In this document: positions 60,133 through 64,000 of the stretch, piece by piece | Numbering within the stretch: position 1 is the first letter of the stretch | Layout: each line of letters opens with the position of its first letter | Source of the DNA: Thermodesulfobacteriota bacterium | Lineage (GTDB): Bacteria > Desulfobacterota_D > UBA1144 > Nemesobacterales > UBA2774 | Direction: 5' to 3' | Assembly: GCA_965223335.1 (NCBI GenBank) | Contig: OZ244991.1 | Location: forward strand, 320,001-384,000 | DNA length: 64,000 nt | Position numbers and translations under genes: made by a program | Notes under the pieces: model-generated | What the model saw: the letters and a program-made list of their open reading frames with translations, nothing else | Database searches by the model: none | Told to the model about the DNA's origin: nothing

Positions 60133-61799
60133 GCAGCAGGTTGCCCTATGTGCCTGAAAACACTGAATCGTTACCACGGTTGAGCACAAACGAGGGGATG
60201 CTTAGCTGGGTCGGTTCAATAGACCACAAACAGATAGGTATTATGTACCTGATCTGCACGCTATTTTACTTTGTAGTCGGGGGTCTCGAGGCCCTAGTCA
60301 TAAGGCTACAGCTCGCAAGCCCGGGTAACGAGCTCATCTCACCCGAGCTCTATAACCAGCTTTTCACCATGCATGGCACCACCATGGTGTTCCTTGTAGT
60401 GATGCCGTTTCTGATAGGGGTGGGAGTCTATCTGGTACCGCTTATGATCGGTGCGCGCGATATGGCGTTTCCAAGGCTAAATGCACTCAGCTTTTGGCTG
60501 TTCGCATTCGGGGGCATACTTTTGTATTACAGCTTTTTCACTCAGAGCGGGCCATCGGAGGTAGGGTGGTTCGCATATGCTCCTCTAAGTGAAAAACCGT
60601 TCTCGCTTAATAAGGGGCCCACTTACTGGGTGCTCGGCATATTGGCCACAGGCATAGGCTCTGTAGCCTCGGGACTAAACAACATTGTAACCATACTCAC
60701 CATGCGCACACCCGGGATGACCATGCGCAGACTCCCTCTATTTGTGTGGATGATACTGGTTACATCTTTTTTGCTTATTTTTGTACTACCGATTATAACA
60801 TCCGCATTTGCAATGATGCTGCTCGACAGGCTCTTGGGTGCAACGTTCTTTACCCCTGCCCATGGGGGCTCAGCTATACTCTGGCAGCATTTTTTCTGGG
60901 GATTCGGGCACCCTGAAGTCTACATACTTATTTTGCCGGCATTCGGAATAATTTCAGAAGTTGTACCAGTGTTTTCGCGTAAACCCATTTACGGTTACGA
61001 GTTCGTTGCCGGCTCCACTGTGGCCATCGGGCTACTGAGCCTGGGTGTATGGGCGCATCACATGTTTGCAGTGGGTCTCGGGAACATTGCCAATGCATAT
61101 TTTTCTATAGCCAGCATGCTCATCGCAGTCCCCACCGGGATCAAGGTGTTAAACTGGGTGGCCACGATGTGGGGGGGTAAGATCCGTTTCGCAACACCTA
61201 TGCTCTTTGCCACAGCATTCATAATCGAGTTTGTTGTAGGGGGATTGACCGGAGTAGCCATTGCCTCGGTACCCATCGACTGGGTAGTTACCGACAGCTA
61301 TTTTATTGTGGCACACTTCCACTATGCGCTATTCGGCGGCTCTATGTTTGCTATATTTGCGGGTGTGTACTACTGGTTCCCTAAATTTTCCGGGCGTATG
61401 TTGTCGGAATCACTGGGGAAATGGCATTTTTGGCTCACAGTAATAGGCTTTAACCTCACTTTTTTCATACAGCATTTCCTGGGTCTTATGGGTATGCCGA
61501 GGCGCACATACACATACCCTGACCTGCCGTACTGGGGCTCTATGAATTTGGTTTCGACCATAGGTGCCGTGTTACTGGGTGTATCGGTCTTGGTCTTCAT
61601 TTGGAATATCATAGTCAGCCTTCGTAACGGCAAGAGAGCTCCTGATAACCCTTGGGACGCATGGACGCTCGAGTGGGCAGCATCGTGCCCGCCAAAAGTA
61701 GAGAACTTCGATCTGGTACCGCCTGTGCGCGGGCGCCGCCCGTTATGGGACCTTGCACACCCGGATATGCCTGACGAGCCGGGAGCAGAGACAGTATAG
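60129..61799 (+). CDS. ctaD: Cytochrome c oxidase subunit I (type A1)
   Basis: DHKQIG, FTMHGT, GHPEVY, WAHHM, AHFHY, MPRR. Confidence 0.98.
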   Translation: MSSRLPYVPENTESLPRLSTNEGMLSWVGSIDHKQIGIMYLICTLFYFVVGGLEALVIRLQLASPGNELISPELYNQLFTMHGTTMVFLVVMPFLIGVGVYLVPLMIGARDMAFPRLNALSFWLFAFGGILLYYSFFTQSGPSEVGWFAYAPLSEKPFSLNKGPTYWVLGILATGIGSVASGLNNIVTILTMRTPGMTMRRLPLFVWMILVTSFLLIFVLPIITSAFAMMLLDRLLGATFFTPAHGGSAILWQHFFWGFGHPEVYILILPAFGIISEVVPVFSRKPIYGYEFVAGSTVAIGLLSLGVWAHHMFAVGLGNIANAYFSIASMLIAVPTGIKVLNWVATMWGGKIRFATPMLFATAFIIEFVVGGLTGVAIASVPIDWVVTDSYFIVAHFHYALFGGSMFAIFAGVYYWFPKFSGRMLSESLGKWHFWLTVIGFNLTFFIQHFLGLMGMPRRTYTYPDLPYWGSMNLVSTIGAVLLGVSVLVFIWNIIVSLRNGKRAPDNPWDAWTLEWAASCPPKVENFDLVPPVRGRRPLWDLAHPDMPDEPGAETV

Positions 61800-61810
61800 G
61801 TGATATAAAT

Positions 61811-62362
61811 ATGGCTAATAACAAAATGGCAATCAGTTTCTTTATAGCTTCCGAGTCAATATTCTTTCTGATGCTAATCCTAGCATATGTAAATTTCCAT
61901 GGCACAGTCACCGACGGCCCCACCGCAGCTACGAGCCTTGACCCTATAAAAACAGGGATATTCAGCCTATTTTTACTCGCAAGCAGTTTTACAATATGGC
62001 TAGCCGGCAAGAGCCTTGCGGCCAAAAACCATTTTATGCTAAAGGTCTGGATACTGCTTACCATAATACTGGGTGCCACATTCATATACGGACAGGGTAG
62101 TGAGTGGGCTGGGCTCATAGAAAAAAACATTACGATAAGCACAAACGTATTCGGATCTACGTTTTTTACGCTCACTGGGTTTCACGGACTCCATGTGTGT
62201 ATCGGGCTTATAATGCTCTCAATACTCCTTGGGCTTGCGCTATGGGGTGATTTTAAGGGCCCCAGGTCAGATGCCGTAGAGTGTGTGTCGATCTACTGGC
62301 ACTTTGTAGATGGGGTATGGATAGTGGTATTTTCGGTTATTTATCTTTGGGCTTTTTTATAG
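61811..62362 (+). CDS. ctaE: Cytochrome c oxidase subunit III (short form)
   Basis: FIASE..FF, LTGFHGLHV, YWHFVD.VW. Confidence 0.95.
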   Translation: MANNKMAISFFIASESIFFLMLILAYVNFHGTVTDGPTAATSLDPIKTGIFSLFLLASSFTIWLAGKSLAAKNHFMLKVWILLTIILGATFIYGQGSEWAGLIEKNITISTNVFGSTFFTLTGFHGLHVCIGLIMLSILLGLALWGDFKGPRSDAVECVSIYWHFVDGVWIVVFSVIYLWAFL

Positions 62363-62379
62363 CAACGAGGGGTTAAGAC

Positions 62380-63225
62380 ATGAACTACTTTGAGATATTC
62401 ACAAGCACTTGGAACCTGGAACCATGGGTGTTAGTAAGCAGTCTAGTACTTGTACTATTCTATGCTTACGTATCGGGGTTTAGATCTACACGAAGAACAG
62501 TGCTATATCTCGTTGGTGTCGCACTCTTCGTATTGGCTCTATGCTCCCCACTGGATTACTTTGGCAGGTACTATCTGTTCAGCGCTCATATGGTAGGGCA
62601 TATGATACTGCTGCTTATAGTGCCGTTATTTCTGCTCTGGGGTCTAAGTGATGAAGATGCCGTGCGTCTCTACAGAATAAGAGCAGTAAAGAATATTGTA
62701 AAACCGCTTAGCAACCCCATCTTGTGTTGGTTCTTGGGCATAGGGGCAATGTGGGTATGGCACATGCCCGCTATACACAATGCTGTCTTGGCCAATATTA
62801 AACTATATATATTCCAACAGCTTAGTTTTTTGGTGATCGGCATTCTATTTTGGCTGCCAGTGTTCTCGCCGTTTACACAGCACCGCATCTCGACACTCGG
62901 GTCCACGTTATACCTTGCAAGCGCGTGTTTGGGCTGTACGGTGCTTGGTATATTGATCACCTTTGCCGGGGCCGGGCTATACACCTTTTATATAAACCCT
63001 GTGGACACACTCGGGATTCTGCCGTTTTTACGCAACGACCTATGCCTAACAGTGGGAGCTGACCAACAGATCGGGGGGCTTATGATGTGGGTACCGGGAT
63101 GCCTTATCTACCTGGCTGCAAGCATGGTAATACTGGCCCGGTGGTACAGCACACCCGAAAGTTACGAGTCCAAAAACCCATACTTAATAAAGGATAAGGA
63201 GATATATAACGTTGAGTACAGGTAG
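62380..63225 (+). CDS. ctaG: caa3-type oxidase assembly factor CtaG
   Basis: LFSAHMVGHMIL, WVWHMP, FWLPV, DQQIGGLMMWVPG. Confidence 0.92.
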   Translation: MNYFEIFTSTWNLEPWVLVSSLVLVLFYAYVSGFRSTRRTVLYLVGVALFVLALCSPLDYFGRYYLFSAHMVGHMILLLIVPLFLLWGLSDEDAVRLYRIRAVKNIVKPLSNPILCWFLGIGAMWVWHMPAIHNAVLANIKLYIFQQLSFLVIGILFWLPVFSPFTQHRISTLGSTLYLASACLGCTVLGILITFAGAGLYTFYINPVDTLGILPFLRNDLCLTVGADQQIGGLMMWVPGCLIYLAASMVILARWYSTPESYESKNPYLIKDKEIYNVEYR

Positions 63226-63508
63226 CGAGTTCCAGACACCAGGAGCACAAGGTGTACCGCACCATAGCGGAACCGATATACCCCCCGGATGGCACACACC
63301 AAAACCCGAGAGGCTTCCGCGCCCGGCCTATTGGCCAGCAATTATGGCGCTTGGGATTACGTTTATGCTCTGGAGCCTGGCCGTGGGGTTCAACGAGGTT
63401 GTAAGCACTATTATTATTCTTTTTTTAGTCGGTCTTAGTTTATTTGCAGTGGCCCTTGTGGGTTGGATAGGAGACCTAAGAGATGAGCGAAGAGACCAAA
63501 ACGAATGA
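63212..63508 (+). CDS. Small 2-TM protein, probable oxidase accessory subunit (subunit IV/CtaF-like)
   Basis: LPRPAYWPAIMALG...TM..TM..GWI; overlaps both neighbours. Confidence 0.65.
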   Translation: MSTGSEFQTPGAQGVPHHSGTDIPPGWHTPKPERLPRPAYWPAIMALGITFMLWSLAVGFNEVVSTIIILFLVGLSLFAVALVGWIGDLRDERRDQNE

Positions 63509-63989
63509 GTGCAGCCGTAGAGAGTTTTTTACACACCTAAGCATTGCTCTAGGCAGCATTGCCGGGGTGCTTGTGGCCATACCGGTTGTGGGCTCGATAT
63601 TAGCACCTGTGGTAAAAAAACCCAAGCCGATATGGAGACCTGTGGGTGGGATCGACAGCTTTAAAGTAGGAGAAACGGTAAAGGTAACGTTTGTGGATGC
63701 ATCCCCGCTGCCCTGGGCAGGGGTCACAGCTGAATCAGCGGCATGGCTAAGACGTGTGGACGAAGATAATTTCACCGCGTTCTCTGTAAACTGCGCACAC
63801 TTGGGCTGCCCTGTGAGGTGGGTTGCGGGAGCGCAGCTTTTTATGTGCCCCTGCCACGGCGGTGTTTACTATTCAGACGGTTCTGTGGCTGCCGGACCAC
63901 CGCCCCGAGGGCTTTATAAATACCCTGTAAGGGTATTGCAGGGAGAGGTCGAGATCTTAACAAGCCCGGTCCCTATCACTACTGTATAA
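63483..63989 (+). CDS. qcrA: Rieske [2Fe-2S] subunit of a cytochrome bc complex
   Basis: Tat motif SRREFF, TM anchor, CAHLGC and CPCHGG, GPPPR.L. Confidence 0.92.
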   Translation: MSEETKTNECSRREFFTHLSIALGSIAGVLVAIPVVGSILAPVVKKPKPIWRPVGGIDSFKVGETVKVTFVDASPLPWAGVTAESAAWLRRVDEDNFTAFSVNCAHLGCPVRWVAGAQLFMCPCHGGVYYSDGSVAAGPPPRGLYKYPVRVLQGEVEILTSPVPITTV

Positions 63990-64000
63990 AAGGTTGCATC

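Overview
Bacterial chromosomal window with about 50 CDS and no rRNA, tRNA, CRISPR or transposase that I could see. Gene content suggests an aerobic diderm of the 'deltaproteobacteria'/Desulfobacterota radiation (Dadabacteria-like; a tentative inference). Housekeeping and metabolic genes: a malate synthase-isocitrate lyase fusion running off the left edge (absent from the ORF track), ndh, an orphan nuoF, lhgO, fumC, hisS, two tat genes, an Omp85 gene, and a caa3 oxidase operon that continues into a Rieske gene. Two loci stand out. (1) An AT-rich block at 6.6-11.4 kb holds a Roadblock/LC7-like gene, an orphan degenerate ABC ATPase, a dual-specificity phosphatase-Roadblock fusion, YbaN and an MglA-type GTPase, plus an outer-membrane beta-barrel gene. 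The operon and the barrel gene each have a canonical sigma-54 promoter and share a 29-bp upstream motif. A GAF kinase / receiver / MEDS-LuxR cluster lies next to them. (2) A promoter, c-di-GMP-I riboswitch and terminator, bracketed by a near-perfect inverted repeat, lie upstream of a 3092-aa TPR protein with an N-terminal TIR/nucleoside-deoxyribosyltransferase-like domain. All family assignments come from motif reading, not database searches.
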